From Desulfobulbus propionicus DSM 2032 (GTDB taxonomy: Bacteria > Desulfobacterota > Desulfobulbia > Desulfobulbales > Desulfobulbaceae), in the NCBI RefSeq assembly GCF_000186885.1, contig NC_014972.1:1380001-1412000 (forward strand): DNA of 32,000 nt, read 5' to 3'. Shown one piece after another: positions 7,921 to 16,495 of the stretch (its first letter is position 1; each line of letters opens with the position of its first letter). The notes under the pieces were generated by a model. That model did not search any database and was not told the origin of the DNA. It saw only the letters and a list, made by a program, of their open reading frames with translations. The position numbers and the translations under genes are program-made.

Positions 7921-10278
7921 CTATGCGGTGACAGGGCCGTGCTGCTGTTCGAGATGGACAATCAGCAGGGCGAGCAATATGAGCAGATGGATCTCCCGGG
8001 CCGAGGCAGAGCCGTTCACCACCCGATGGCCGGCTTCGCGGATGAACAGCGGGGCAGGCACGCTGCCGAGCAACCGCTCCTTGAGGGCGCCAACGGCCTG
8101 ATCGGTGCACCCCTCCAAGCGAACGCCATCCGTCATCAGGGTTTCCAAGCCGTCGTGCAGGTGCCGCTGGCACAGATCGGTGCGGTAATAGTTCTCGGCG
8201 GCCTGGTTGAAGGCTTGGGTGCCCACCCGCATGGGATCGGTCTCCCGCCCCAGGGTGGTGAGGATGTCGCCGGTCAGCCGGGCCGCTGCCGTGGGTTCGG
8301 TGCCCTCCAGCATGGCGTCGACACGGTCGAGGAGCGACACCGCCTCCTGGCCGTCCATGGCGCATTGCTGCCGGAGCAGCGCCAGACAGGCCCGGTGATA
8401 GGCGGCCACTTCGATGCGCAGGTATCCCCGGTAGCGGCGACTGGGCCGCTGCCGGTCCGCCAGGGCGAGGATTCGGCGCAGCAGGGTGTTGCGGCTGTCC
8501 GCCCGGATAAACACCGTGGGTACACCGATGGCGGTGGCAAAAAAGATCTGCCGCCGCTCGCTCTCGGTGCAGGGGTCGTCGGGGATATCGGCGTGGCGGA
8601 CAGTGCCCGCAAGCACCCAGCGATAGGCCAGGCGGGTGACCAGGGTCTGCAGGTCGACGGCCAGGGCAAAGGTCGGGCCGAGGTCGGGAAAGAGCGAATA
8701 GTGCCGGCCCTCGAATCCGGAGAAACCAAAGGCGGCCAGGGTCCGCATCCGGTAGGGCAGGTAGATCGCCATGCGGCTGTCATAGACCCCCATCTCGGTC
8801 AGATCCTGTTTCAGCCGCTCTTGGTTCCCCATGACCCCGTCCAGGGCCGGGCTCTGCTCGACGCTCTGCAGGGCTACCAGGTAATCGATCAGCCGGACGT
8901 CGGGCAGGAAGTCACCGCGCAGCCGTAGCAGGGTGCTGGTCAACCGGTCGAACCACTGGGGGCCCACCGGGGTGAAGCTGTGACCGCAGAACCGCAGCGC
9001 CGCCTTCTTCTTCCATCGGCGCCACAGCATGCGCAGGTGGGTGTAGTCCAGTTCATGGGGCAAATAGCCCATCACCTTTTCCGGATGGAAGTCGCTGAAG
9101 CTCAGGCGATGGGGCGCGGCCGAGCAGGTGGTGACAAAGAGCGGCAGGAAGTGCTCGACGATCTTGATCACCAGATCGCCGAAGTACTTTTCGCAGATCG
9201 CGCCTTCCGGGCGCTGGTACCACCCGCTGAGCAGGCGACTGCCCAGGGTGATGTGGGTGCCGTTGTTGGCCAGGGAAGTGGAACTGGTGTTGGGGAGCAC
9301 CACCAGATTGTTGACGATGATCCCGGCCTCCTTGAGTTTGGCGATGGTGTTGAGCTGACTGCGGGACAGGGTGCGGTGGCAGAGCCCCATATACGCCTTC
9401 TTCTTCTCGCCGCGCGGCCAGCCGGACAGGCAGGGGTTGACAAACAGCTCGCGGTAGAACTGATCGGAGATGAGCTCGTTGAGGGCCTTCTGGCGGGCCG
9501 GCGGGTTGGGCGCCAGATACAGGCGGCACTGCTGGCCGTGGTGCTCCAGGCGGAACGCCTGGTTGGCATACTGGATGAGCAGTTGCAGGATCAGGAACCG
9601 GCGGCTGGTTTCCCGGGCGGTGCTGCGGCCGGGGAGGGTGGCCGCATCGCCGCTGGCCAAGGAAAAGCTGGTCACTTCGGGCGAACAGTTGTCGCTGATC
9701 AGGTGAGCCATCAGCCGCTCCCCGGTCTGGAGGAGCAGCGGCTCGGCAGGGTCGGCCTGCCCGAGGGCATCGGCCAGCGCCAGTTTGAGCAGATAGCTGA
9801 CCGGCACCCGTAGCCAGGGCTCTCCCTCGCGGGAAAAGAGAAAGGAATCGATATCCTGGCGTCGAGGACCCGCTGGATTGGCCTTGTCGGCCAGCAGATC
9901 GTGGTGCAGGATGGAGGCGGCATGGGTGGAGAGCAGGCGGCGGGGGAATCTGACCCAGGAGTTCTCCCAGATCTGGGTCTGCTGCGCCCCGAGAAAGGCA
10001 TCGAGATCGGCCAGCAGATGGGGACTGAGGTCGCCGCGCCGGGCCCGCAGGGTCAGGTTGTTGTAGTAGCGCGAGCCGAGGATGGTCAGGGGGAGATCGA
10101 CCTCGGTGGATCGGCCTGCAACGGCCACCTGAAACTCGTTTTCCACCCCCACGGTGACATCACCACCGGTGAACGGTTGCGGGTTGGCTTCCCGCTGCAG
10201 GTGCAGCCGGAACGGCTCGGTTCGGTGCAGCAACTCGTTCTGGTCTCCGGAGATCGGGGTCGGCAGGGATACGGTCAT
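7921..10278 (-). CDS. large (785 aa) soluble protein of unknown function; no family recognised
   Basis: Long ORF with normal, non-shadow composition. It ends 11 nt before the PSD-type gene on the same strand. The only faint motif hints are 'VGVENEFQV' near the N-terminus and 'LANNGTHITLGS' mid-protein, reminiscent of carboxylate-amine ligase (GCS2/GshA-like) metal and substrate blocks. I see no TM helices or signal peptide. Confidence 0.8.
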   Translation of the reverse strand: MTVSLPTPISGDQNELLHRTEPFRLHLQREANPQPFTGGDVTVGVENEFQVAVAGRSTEVDLPLTILGSRYYNNLTLRARRGDLSPHLLADLDAFLGAQQTQIWENSWVRFPRRLLSTHAASILHHDLLADKANPAGPRRQDIDSFLFSREGEPWLRVPVSYLLKLALADALGQADPAEPLLLQTGERLMAHLISDNCSPEVTSFSLASGDAATLPGRSTARETSRRFLILQLLIQYANQAFRLEHHGQQCRLYLAPNPPARQKALNELISDQFYRELFVNPCLSGWPRGEKKKAYMGLCHRTLSRSQLNTIAKLKEAGIIVNNLVVLPNTSSTSLANNGTHITLGSRLLSGWYQRPEGAICEKYFGDLVIKIVEHFLPLFVTTCSAAPHRLSFSDFHPEKVMGYLPHELDYTHLRMLWRRWKKKAALRFCGHSFTPVGPQWFDRLTSTLLRLRGDFLPDVRLIDYLVALQSVEQSPALDGVMGNQERLKQDLTEMGVYDSRMAIYLPYRMRTLAAFGFSGFEGRHYSLFPDLGPTFALAVDLQTLVTRLAYRWVLAGTVRHADIPDDPCTESERRQIFFATAIGVPTVFIRADSRNTLLRRILALADRQRPSRRYRGYLRIEVAAYHRACLALLRQQCAMDGQEAVSLLDRVDAMLEGTEPTAAARLTGDILTTLGRETDPMRVGTQAFNQAAENYYRTDLCQRHLHDGLETLMTDGVRLEGCTDQAVGALKERLLGSVPAPLFIREAGHRVVNGSASAREIHLLILLALLIVHLEQQHGPVTA

Positions 10279-10372
10279 CGCTCGTTGTCGGTTGCAGGGA
10301 TCGGTATCGTTCGCTGGCCAGCAGCATAGCGGGGGCGTGTTTGCTTCCGGCTTTGATCCTGTCAGGTTTGCG

Positions 10373-12295
10373 TCAGGAAGCGATCATGTCGGACAGCAGC
10401 CGGACTGGCGTCACCTGCTCGCGTTCACCCTTCCTGCCGGTCTCAAGCTCACCGGTCACCGCAGGTGCAGAATCCGTCATGATCGCGGCCTCGGGCAGGA
10501 ATCCATCCTCTGTACTCTCCAGGCGCATCGCCTCCAATTCCCTGACGTTGCCGTCGAGGAGGTCGCCGAGCTGCAGGGCAATCTCTTCGGCGTATCGGCG
10601 GGCATCGGCAGAAAACTGCAGTACCCCAGCCGCCGCCGCATGCACCTCGGTGATGCGGGTCGACACCTCCCTGGTATTCTCTTCGGTGGCGGCGCTCAGG
10701 GCAACGATGCCTCCGGTCAGTTCGCGCTGCCCGTCCACGGCCGAGCCAATGGCAGCGGTTACCTGGTGCAGTTGCTCCGCCCCGTGTTCCAGGGTGTCGA
10801 TCGAGGTGATGAACGAGGTGCAGATCGCATTGATGGCCTCAATCTTGGTCAGGACGTCCTGGGTGGCATGGGCCGTATTCTGGGAGAGTTTCTTGACCTC
10901 TTCGGCGACCACGGCAAATCCGCGCCCATGCTCGCCGGCCTTGGCCGCTTCAATGGTGGCATTGATCGCCAGGATGCGGGTCTGCACGGTGATGGCCTGC
11001 ACCGTGGCCACGATGCCGTCAATTTCAGCCACCGACCGGCTCAGACCTTCAAGCATGTGGCGGGCCTGGTCGATTTCCGCCCGCATGGCCCTCTCCTCCC
11101 GGTTTTGGACCGCCAACTGCTGGTGGATGCCATCCACCACCGTGCTGATCTGCTGGGATGCCGCGCTCACCTGGTCGGTCCGCTTGGCAGTATCGCCGGC
11201 CAGCACCGCCACATTCTCCGCGGCCTGTTTGGTTGCCTCGGCCACTCCCTGCAGGGTATGGGACATGGTGGCCATCTGCCCGGCCCGCTCATTGAGGCGG
11301 TGGATGGCCTCGGTCATTGTCCCGACCAGGGTTTCAATCCGCCGCCGGTCTTTGGCCTTGCTTGCCTCGAGCTGTTGCAGGGACAGCAGGGCTTCCCGGA
11401 AAGAGCCGATGGCCCGGGCCAGCACCCCGATCTGATCGCGTCGCCGAGACCAGGGTATCTCGGGGAACTGGCCGGCGCTCAACGCTTCCACCGCCCGCGT
11501 CAGGTGATGCAGCGGCCGTTCAACGATGCTCCGGGTGAGGAAGAAGAGGACCAGCACATTAGCTGCAATCGCCGCCAGGCCAACCCCGAAACTGAAGCGC
11601 CGCTGCTGCCTGCTGGCCTCCTGCATGCGCTGCTCCTGCTGGGCGATCTGATCGATGTAGCCCAGAATCTCGGTGCGGCTTTTTTCCGCCTCGATGCTTT
11701 TATCGGCGGCAAGGCCGCGCAAACGGCCAATGCCTTCCTCTATCGCCGTTGGACGGCTTGCCTCGCTCTGCACCGTGGCCAGCAGCCGTTGCCGGTCCGT
11801 CTCGGCTTGGCTGCTCACCAGGAGAAGCCTGTCGATATCGGCGGTAAAAGCGCCTCCGGCATCAAAGAGGCCATAACTCAGCACCGGTTGATCGTTCTCG
11901 ACGGTGACCACCATCAGCCCATTGGCCAGATCGCGCTTCTCGGTGCGCGAGTAGAGCGCGGCGTAGCTTTCCCGACCGGAGAGGCGTTGGCGCTCTTGGA
12001 TCTGAAATTGTCGTTCGACCTGCGTAAGAACGCTGGCCTTCGGGTCGGTGGTGAACAGTTTCGGCAGCCCCATGAACTCGTTTTGCAAGGTGACGATCGT
12101 CTGGCGCAGATTGGCATCCACCTGGTCCCGGATCGCCAGCACATCCGCCATCATCCCTTCCAGCCGGGCGGTGGCCCGGTGATTGACGAACAACAGAGCT
12201 CCGATGCAACAGTTGGAGGCCAGGGCGACACCCAGTAACAGTTTGCATCCCACGGTCAGCCAGCCGGTGCCGGCGGTCGATGTTTTTCTGGTCAT
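10373..12295 (-). CDS. methyl-accepting chemotaxis protein (2 TM helices, ~200-aa periplasmic sensor, HAMP, MCP signalling domain)
   Basis: The MCP hairpin core reads 'QTRILAINATIEAAKAGEHGRGFAVVAEEVKKLSQNT'. The HAMP-like segment reads 'RPLHHLTRAVEALSAGQF...IGVLARAIGSF'. The track start (12325) is a GTG. ATG 12295 gives MTRKTSTAG... and forms an ATGA overlap with the upstream stop. Confidence 0.9.
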   Translation of the reverse strand: MTRKTSTAGTGWLTVGCKLLLGVALASNCCIGALLFVNHRATARLEGMMADVLAIRDQVDANLRQTIVTLQNEFMGLPKLFTTDPKASVLTQVERQFQIQERQRLSGRESYAALYSRTEKRDLANGLMVVTVENDQPVLSYGLFDAGGAFTADIDRLLLVSSQAETDRQRLLATVQSEASRPTAIEEGIGRLRGLAADKSIEAEKSRTEILGYIDQIAQQEQRMQEASRQQRRFSFGVGLAAIAANVLVLFFLTRSIVERPLHHLTRAVEALSAGQFPEIPWSRRRDQIGVLARAIGSFREALLSLQQLEASKAKDRRRIETLVGTMTEAIHRLNERAGQMATMSHTLQGVAEATKQAAENVAVLAGDTAKRTDQVSAASQQISTVVDGIHQQLAVQNREERAMRAEIDQARHMLEGLSRSVAEIDGIVATVQAITVQTRILAINATIEAAKAGEHGRGFAVVAEEVKKLSQNTAHATQDVLTKIEAINAICTSFITSIDTLEHGAEQLHQVTAAIGSAVDGQRELTGGIVALSAATEENTREVSTRITEVHAAAAGVLQFSADARRYAEEIALQLGDLLDGNVRELEAMRLESTEDGFLPEAAIMTDSAPAVTGELETGRKGEREQVTPVRLLSDMIAS

Positions 12296-14097
12296 AACAG
12301 GGAGGTTGTTTCTGGTTGAGGACACAGCAAGGCACGGTGTGTTTCACTGTCCTGTGGTTCGCGTAGAACGCTTGGGGATGCTAGTTCGTGGATATAAAGG
12401 CTGCTGCCGGCGATCCGTTTGGCGCGGTGTTTGGCGAACGACGCCTCTTCCGAAATATCGATGGGGCAGCGGTGCAACGAAGGACACACCACCACCGCGC
12501 CCACCGAAAGGGTCATGGTGCCATAGCGCTGTTCCCGCCCTTCCCGATCCAGCGCGACGATGACACTGCCGATGTGGCCGTTGTACAGACCACCGATGCT
12601 TTCATCGAATTGGCGGAGGATGCGCTCGACAATCTGTTGCCAGCCACCACTGCGAAAGATGACCACAAAATCGTCACCACCGATGTGGCCGATGAAATCG
12701 GTCTGGTCGTCGATATTGGCGGTGAGCAGTTCCGCCAGGAAGCGCAGCACCTTGTCGCCCCGGCTGAAGCCGAAAAAGTCGTTGAATGGTTTGAAGTTGT
12801 CGAGGTCGAAATAGCAGACGGTGAACGGAACATCGGCGCGGAACAATTTCTGCAGCTGTTGCTGGATCGGCACGTTGCCCGGCAGCATGGTCAACGGGTT
12901 GGCATGCCGGGCGCGGCTGACCTGCAATTTGGTGATTTCATGGAGGAGATCGATCAACCGCCCCGTACCGGCCAGTTGGCCGTCATCGAGGATGATGAAC
13001 TCATCGGTGTGGATGTTCAAGGAAGTGGTCAAGCGGTAGCTGGCCTCCTCCAATGACATGCGCTTGTCCACCTGCATGACGTTGCGGTTGATGAAACGGA
13101 GGATCGGCTGCTTGCCATAGAGTTCCTTGCCGTAGAGACTGGCATAGAGGTTCATGAACTCACGGCGCAGGACCAGACCCAACACCTCGTTTTCATGGAC
13201 AACGACGATCGATTCCAGATCGGGTGTCGAGGTGAACAGCGCCCCCACCTCCAAAACCTTGGCCGTCGCCTGGACGGAAACGGCCGGCCGCACCAGCATC
13301 TCCATGGCTGGAGATTCCTCCTCGGCCTGGCGGAGTTCCTTCCTGAACAACCTGGAGGCAATGGTCACCGGCGGTATCGGCACCGGCCGGCCAAAGTAGT
13401 AGCCCTGGAGCATTTCCACCCCGATCTTGCGCAGGGTGGCATACTCCCCCTCGGTCTCCACGCCTTCGGTGATTACCCTGCATCCCAGGGCGGTGGCCGT
13501 TTTCAGAATGGTGGACACAAACTGCTGTTTGGTGCGGTCCTGATCGACCCCCTGAATGAAATGACGGTCGATCTTGACGATATCCGGCCGGATCTCGGAC
13601 CAGAGCTTGAGCCCCGAATACCCGGCGCCCAGATCGTCGAGGGCCACCCTAAACCCCATCTCCTGGTAATGGATCATCGCCTGCTGCATCAGCCGGATAT
13701 CCTCGACCGGATGGGTTTCGGTCAGTTCGATAATCAGCTGGGAAGGGTTGAGCCGGGCCTGCTCGACCAATTCCAAGGTCAGACCTTCGCGAAAATGCTC
13801 ATGCGTCAGGCTGTAGGGGTCGACGTTGATGAACAGCCGGCCGGGCAGGTTGAGTTGGGCGAAACGATGAATGACCATTCTTCGGCAGAGCAGGTCGAGT
13901 TCAGCCAGCCGATCGGCCTTGGTCGCCGCCTCGAATAGACGGGTGGGCGAATAGAGCACGGTGTTGACCGGACCGCGTACCAGGCCTTCATAGCCATAAA
14001 TTTGCCGGGTTTGCAGGTGGATGATCGGTTGAAAATGGACGGTGAGTTTCTGCTGCCGGATCACCGTCTCCAGGAGGGTTTCTGTTTTCTGGTCCAT
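12292..14097 (-). CDS. EAL - tandem CBS - GGDEF(GGDDF variant) c-di-GMP signalling protein
   Basis: EAL-domain motifs are present: YEGLVR, IELTE, DDLGAGYSGL, KIDRHF, EGVETE. Two CBS-like modules follow (…IVVVHENEVLGLVLRREF…, …FIILDDGQLAGTGRLIDLL…). The GGDEF domain reads 'YFDLDNFKPFNDFFGFSRGD...FIGHIGGDDFVVIF'. There is no RxxD I-site just upstream of GGDDF. Confidence 0.9.
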   Translation of the reverse strand: MDQKTETLLETVIRQQKLTVHFQPIIHLQTRQIYGYEGLVRGPVNTVLYSPTRLFEAATKADRLAELDLLCRRMVIHRFAQLNLPGRLFINVDPYSLTHEHFREGLTLELVEQARLNPSQLIIELTETHPVEDIRLMQQAMIHYQEMGFRVALDDLGAGYSGLKLWSEIRPDIVKIDRHFIQGVDQDRTKQQFVSTILKTATALGCRVITEGVETEGEYATLRKIGVEMLQGYYFGRPVPIPPVTIASRLFRKELRQAEEESPAMEMLVRPAVSVQATAKVLEVGALFTSTPDLESIVVVHENEVLGLVLRREFMNLYASLYGKELYGKQPILRFINRNVMQVDKRMSLEEASYRLTTSLNIHTDEFIILDDGQLAGTGRLIDLLHEITKLQVSRARHANPLTMLPGNVPIQQQLQKLFRADVPFTVCYFDLDNFKPFNDFFGFSRGDKVLRFLAELLTANIDDQTDFIGHIGGDDFVVIFRSGGWQQIVERILRQFDESIGGLYNGHIGSVIVALDREGREQRYGTMTLSVGAVVVCPSLHRCPIDISEEASFAKHRAKRIAGSSLYIHELASPSVLREPQDSETHRALLCPQPETTSLL

Positions 14098-14677
14098 GGT
14101 CCTGAGGGTAACTATTTACTTGAATGCCTTGCCGCGTAAGCATTTTCAGGCATTGGCCTGTGCAATGAGTGTTTCTACCGACCTTGTGTTACGCTTGGAT
14201 TAACTTTTGGTTGGAGGTTGGTTTACTCCCATCCAGCCATCGAGGGAGTATTTCAGGTTGGGTTTCCGCAAGCATTCATGAGTACGGCTGAGCGAATGTC
14301 GCCGGTACCAGCCGCAGCGTCATGACAGTGACGCCGACCACCTTTCCGGAGGCAACCAGGAACTTTCCAATCCAGGAGGGGAGGAAAAGGGCTAATATCT
14401 TTGTTTTTTCAAGATGTTGGTCTGGGTGAAAACCGGATGGAAATATTTTTATCTTTTATATTCAGATGATAACTAATTTTATATTGAATTCGTTTTTTTC
14501 TATACCCGGTCTTCTGGCCGGTTTGTGCTCCCGTTCGGTTTATCTGTAATTTGATATTGGCTGGCGATGCAAAATCGGGCCTGTCAGCTCTACATCTCTT
14601 TTCATTGAGTGTGCACGCTGGTAAGTTCTATACGCAGCAGAGGGAGACAACGTAAATCTTCACCACGGGAGATTGTC
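14098..14677. promoter_or_regulatory. 580-bp AT-rich divergent intergenic region (promoter region for the minus-strand signalling/lipid array and the plus-strand copper module)
   Basis: No credible ORF on either strand. Composition drops sharply: the 60-nt line at 14401 has 18/60 G+C and the line at 14461 has 20/60. One possible sigma70-like pair lies upstream of the copper genes, TTGAGT (14605-14610) with TATACG (14630-14635) at a 19-nt spacer. A 7-bp inverted repeat AATGCCT/AGGCATT lies at 14123-14154. The individual promoter elements are not secure. Confidence 0.5.
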
Positions 14678-15031
14678 ATGAACGAAGCCCTGGCACGGAG
14701 TTTTTTGCAGGCGGTCGTATTTTTTCTCTTCCTCCTGTGCGCACCATTCTCGTTGTTCAGTTCATCCAGTTGGTCTCAATCCGGCTCAGAAACCTCGGTG
14801 GCCATACGAGCAACCCCATTTGTGCCGCCAGCCCTTTCCTATGCCTCTGTTTTTGAGAACTATCATGGCTACCAGGATCAAGAGGTCGCTTCCTGGCTGG
14901 AAGCCAACGAAACCGTTGGACACATTGGTGGCTGGCGGTCTTACCTTGAAGAAGCATCCCAATCTCAACAAGATCAAATACCTCCGGCCGAAGACGCTCA
15001 CCACCCTTCCGGACATGGAGGCAAACCATGA
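14678..15031 (+). CDS. small secreted protein with a His-rich C-terminal tail; putative periplasmic copper-module accessory protein
   Basis: Track ORF 14609..15031 trimmed to ATG 14678 (GGGAG 6 nt upstream). It has a hydrophobic signal-like N-terminus (AVVFFLFLLCAPFSLF) and a conserved-looking 'WLEANETVGHIGGWRSYLEE' segment. The tail reads 'DAHHPSGHGGKP'. An ATGA overlap links it to the downstream TolC-like gene. Confidence 0.6.
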   Translation: MNEALARSFLQAVVFFLFLLCAPFSLFSSSSWSQSGSETSVAIRATPFVPPALSYASVFENYHGYQDQEVASWLEANETVGHIGGWRSYLEEASQSQQDQIPPAEDAHHPSGHGGKP

Positions 15032-16461
15032 GACTTTATTGCCTATCCCCACCATCCTTCTATGTTTTTTTGCTGACCCTGTTGTGCCTCTCCGGGTGCG
15101 CGCGGGTAAATTTCGAAGAAACCTTGACTCGGACCAACCAGGCAGCTGCGGAGTTTACCGATGGCAACCTTGCCTTGGCGCAAACAGCTGAACAACGCGC
15201 TTTCAATACAAAAACAGCGGAAACACTGCTTGCTCAACCTGTGAACCAGCAAGAAGCTGTGCATCTTGCCTTGGTCAACGACCCTGCCATGCAGGCCATG
15301 CTGGCCCAACATTGGTCGGATGCAGCCCGTGCGGCGCAATCAGGTCGCATGGCCAACCCCCTTCTGGTCTTTGAACGCACAACGTTGGCGGACGAGATTG
15401 AATATGAACGTTTGCTGGCATTTGGCCTGCTCGACGTGCTGACCTTGCCGTTCCGTTATGCCAGCGCCCAACGCCGTATCGAACAGTCGCAGGTGCGACT
15501 CGCCATGGATGTGGTGGACAAGGTCACCCAGGTCCGTCAGTCGTGGGTGAGGGCTGTGGCTGCGCAACAACAGCTCAATTATGCACGGCAAGTGAATGAG
15601 GTCGGCGAGATCAGTGCCGAACTCGCCCGTCGCATGCAGCGGGTTGGGAACTTCAACCGGTTGCAGCGAGCCCGGCAGCAGGCCTTCTATGCCGATGCGG
15701 CAACCCAATGGGCTTTGGCGCAACAGCATGCCATGGCGACTCGGGAAGGGCTGGTTCGTGTTCTCGGGCTTTCGGACGACCAGGAAAAAAAACTCAAGCT
15801 GCCGGAAAGGCTGCCTGATTTGCCCGAAGCTCCAAGGGGGCCGGAAGAGGTTGGCAAGGCCGCACAGAGAGGACGATTGGATATTCAATTGGCCAAGACA
15901 GCCTTTGCCGCGGCAGCCAAAGAGCAAGATTTGACCTTGATCACCAGCCTGACGGATATCGAGCTTGGGGTTCGTTACGATACCGTCTTCGATGATGCGG
16001 CCGGCACCCGTGATAATCGGAAGGGGTATGAAATAACGGTGCGTTTGCCTGTGTTTGACTGGGGAGATATGCAACGTGATGCCATGGATGCTCAGACCTT
16101 GGCCGCGGCCAACCAGTTGGAGGCGACCGTGCGCGCTGCCGGCTCCCAACTGCGGGAAACCTATGCCGCTTACCGCACGGCCTACGATGTAGCCAGACAT
16201 TATCGCGACGAGGTCCTGCCGTTGCGCAAGGTGATCTCCGAAGAGAATCTGCTCCGTTATAACGGCATGCTGATAGGAGTGTTCGAGTTGCTGGCCGACA
16301 CGCGGGATCAGATCGACACAGTCAGTGCCGCCATCAATACGCAGCAGGATTTTTGGTTGACCAACGCTGCCTTGCAGGCAGTCATCATAGGCACCCCTTC
16401 CATGGTGCAGGCTGGAAAAGAAACGGGAAAAATCCGTCAACGGGCCGAGCAGCCGCATTGA
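15028..16461 (+). CDS. TolC/OEP-family outer membrane efflux lipoprotein
   Basis: It has a lipobox (LLCLSGC) and two OEP-type repeat halves with long helical segments (…RRIEQSQVRLAMDVVDKVTQVRQSWVRAVAAQQQLNYARQ… and …AANQLEATVRAAGSQLRETYAAYRTAYDVARHYRDEVLPL…). It is translationally coupled to the small upstream gene. Confidence 0.85.
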   Translation: MRLYCLSPPSFYVFLLTLLCLSGCARVNFEETLTRTNQAAAEFTDGNLALAQTAEQRAFNTKTAETLLAQPVNQQEAVHLALVNDPAMQAMLAQHWSDAARAAQSGRMANPLLVFERTTLADEIEYERLLAFGLLDVLTLPFRYASAQRRIEQSQVRLAMDVVDKVTQVRQSWVRAVAAQQQLNYARQVNEVGEISAELARRMQRVGNFNRLQRARQQAFYADAATQWALAQQHAMATREGLVRVLGLSDDQEKKLKLPERLPDLPEAPRGPEEVGKAAQRGRLDIQLAKTAFAAAAKEQDLTLITSLTDIELGVRYDTVFDDAAGTRDNRKGYEITVRLPVFDWGDMQRDAMDAQTLAAANQLEATVRAAGSQLRETYAAYRTAYDVARHYRDEVLPLRKVISEENLLRYNGMLIGVFELLADTRDQIDTVSAAINTQQDFWLTNAALQAVIIGTPSMVQAGKETGKIRQRAEQPH

Positions 16462-16495
16462 GCGCAGGGAAAGACAGAGAGTTAAAGGAAGATCG

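Noticed and set aside
5760-8101. Long alternative-frame and antisense ORFs over the Lgt-type and PSD-type genes (5831..6937 +, 5760..6740 -, 6897..7601 -, 7055..8101 +)
   Set aside because: They have a biased Gly/Arg/Pro/His composition, no SD-associated starts and no motifs. The chosen frames have family signatures (GCCYGKP; PGSST).
6908-8365. Full 485-aa version of the PSD-type ORF
   Set aside because: The first 152 codons overlap the 3' end of the 785-aa gene out of frame and are Arg/Pro/Gly-rich. ATG 7909 has a good RBS (GGGAGAAG) and gives the family-typical N-terminus.
7939-12238. + strand ORFs antisense to the 785-aa gene and the MCP gene (7939..8928, 8980..9813, 9901..10329, 10154..12238, 10341..11435)
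   Set aside because: These are shadow ORFs. The minus-strand MCP has an unmistakable signalling-domain core, and the + strand translations are repetitive and Gly/Arg/Leu/Gln/Ser-rich.
12388-13938. + strand ORFs antisense to the EAL-CBS-GGDEF gene (12388..13056, 13195..13938)
   Set aside because: These are shadow ORFs. The minus frame carries complete EAL, CBS and GGDEF motif sets.
14500-14530. T-run plus CCGG...CCGG mini-palindrome in the AT-rich gap (possible minus-strand terminator)
   Set aside because: The stem is only about 4 bp, and no minus-strand gene lies upstream of it in transcriptional sense that it could terminate.
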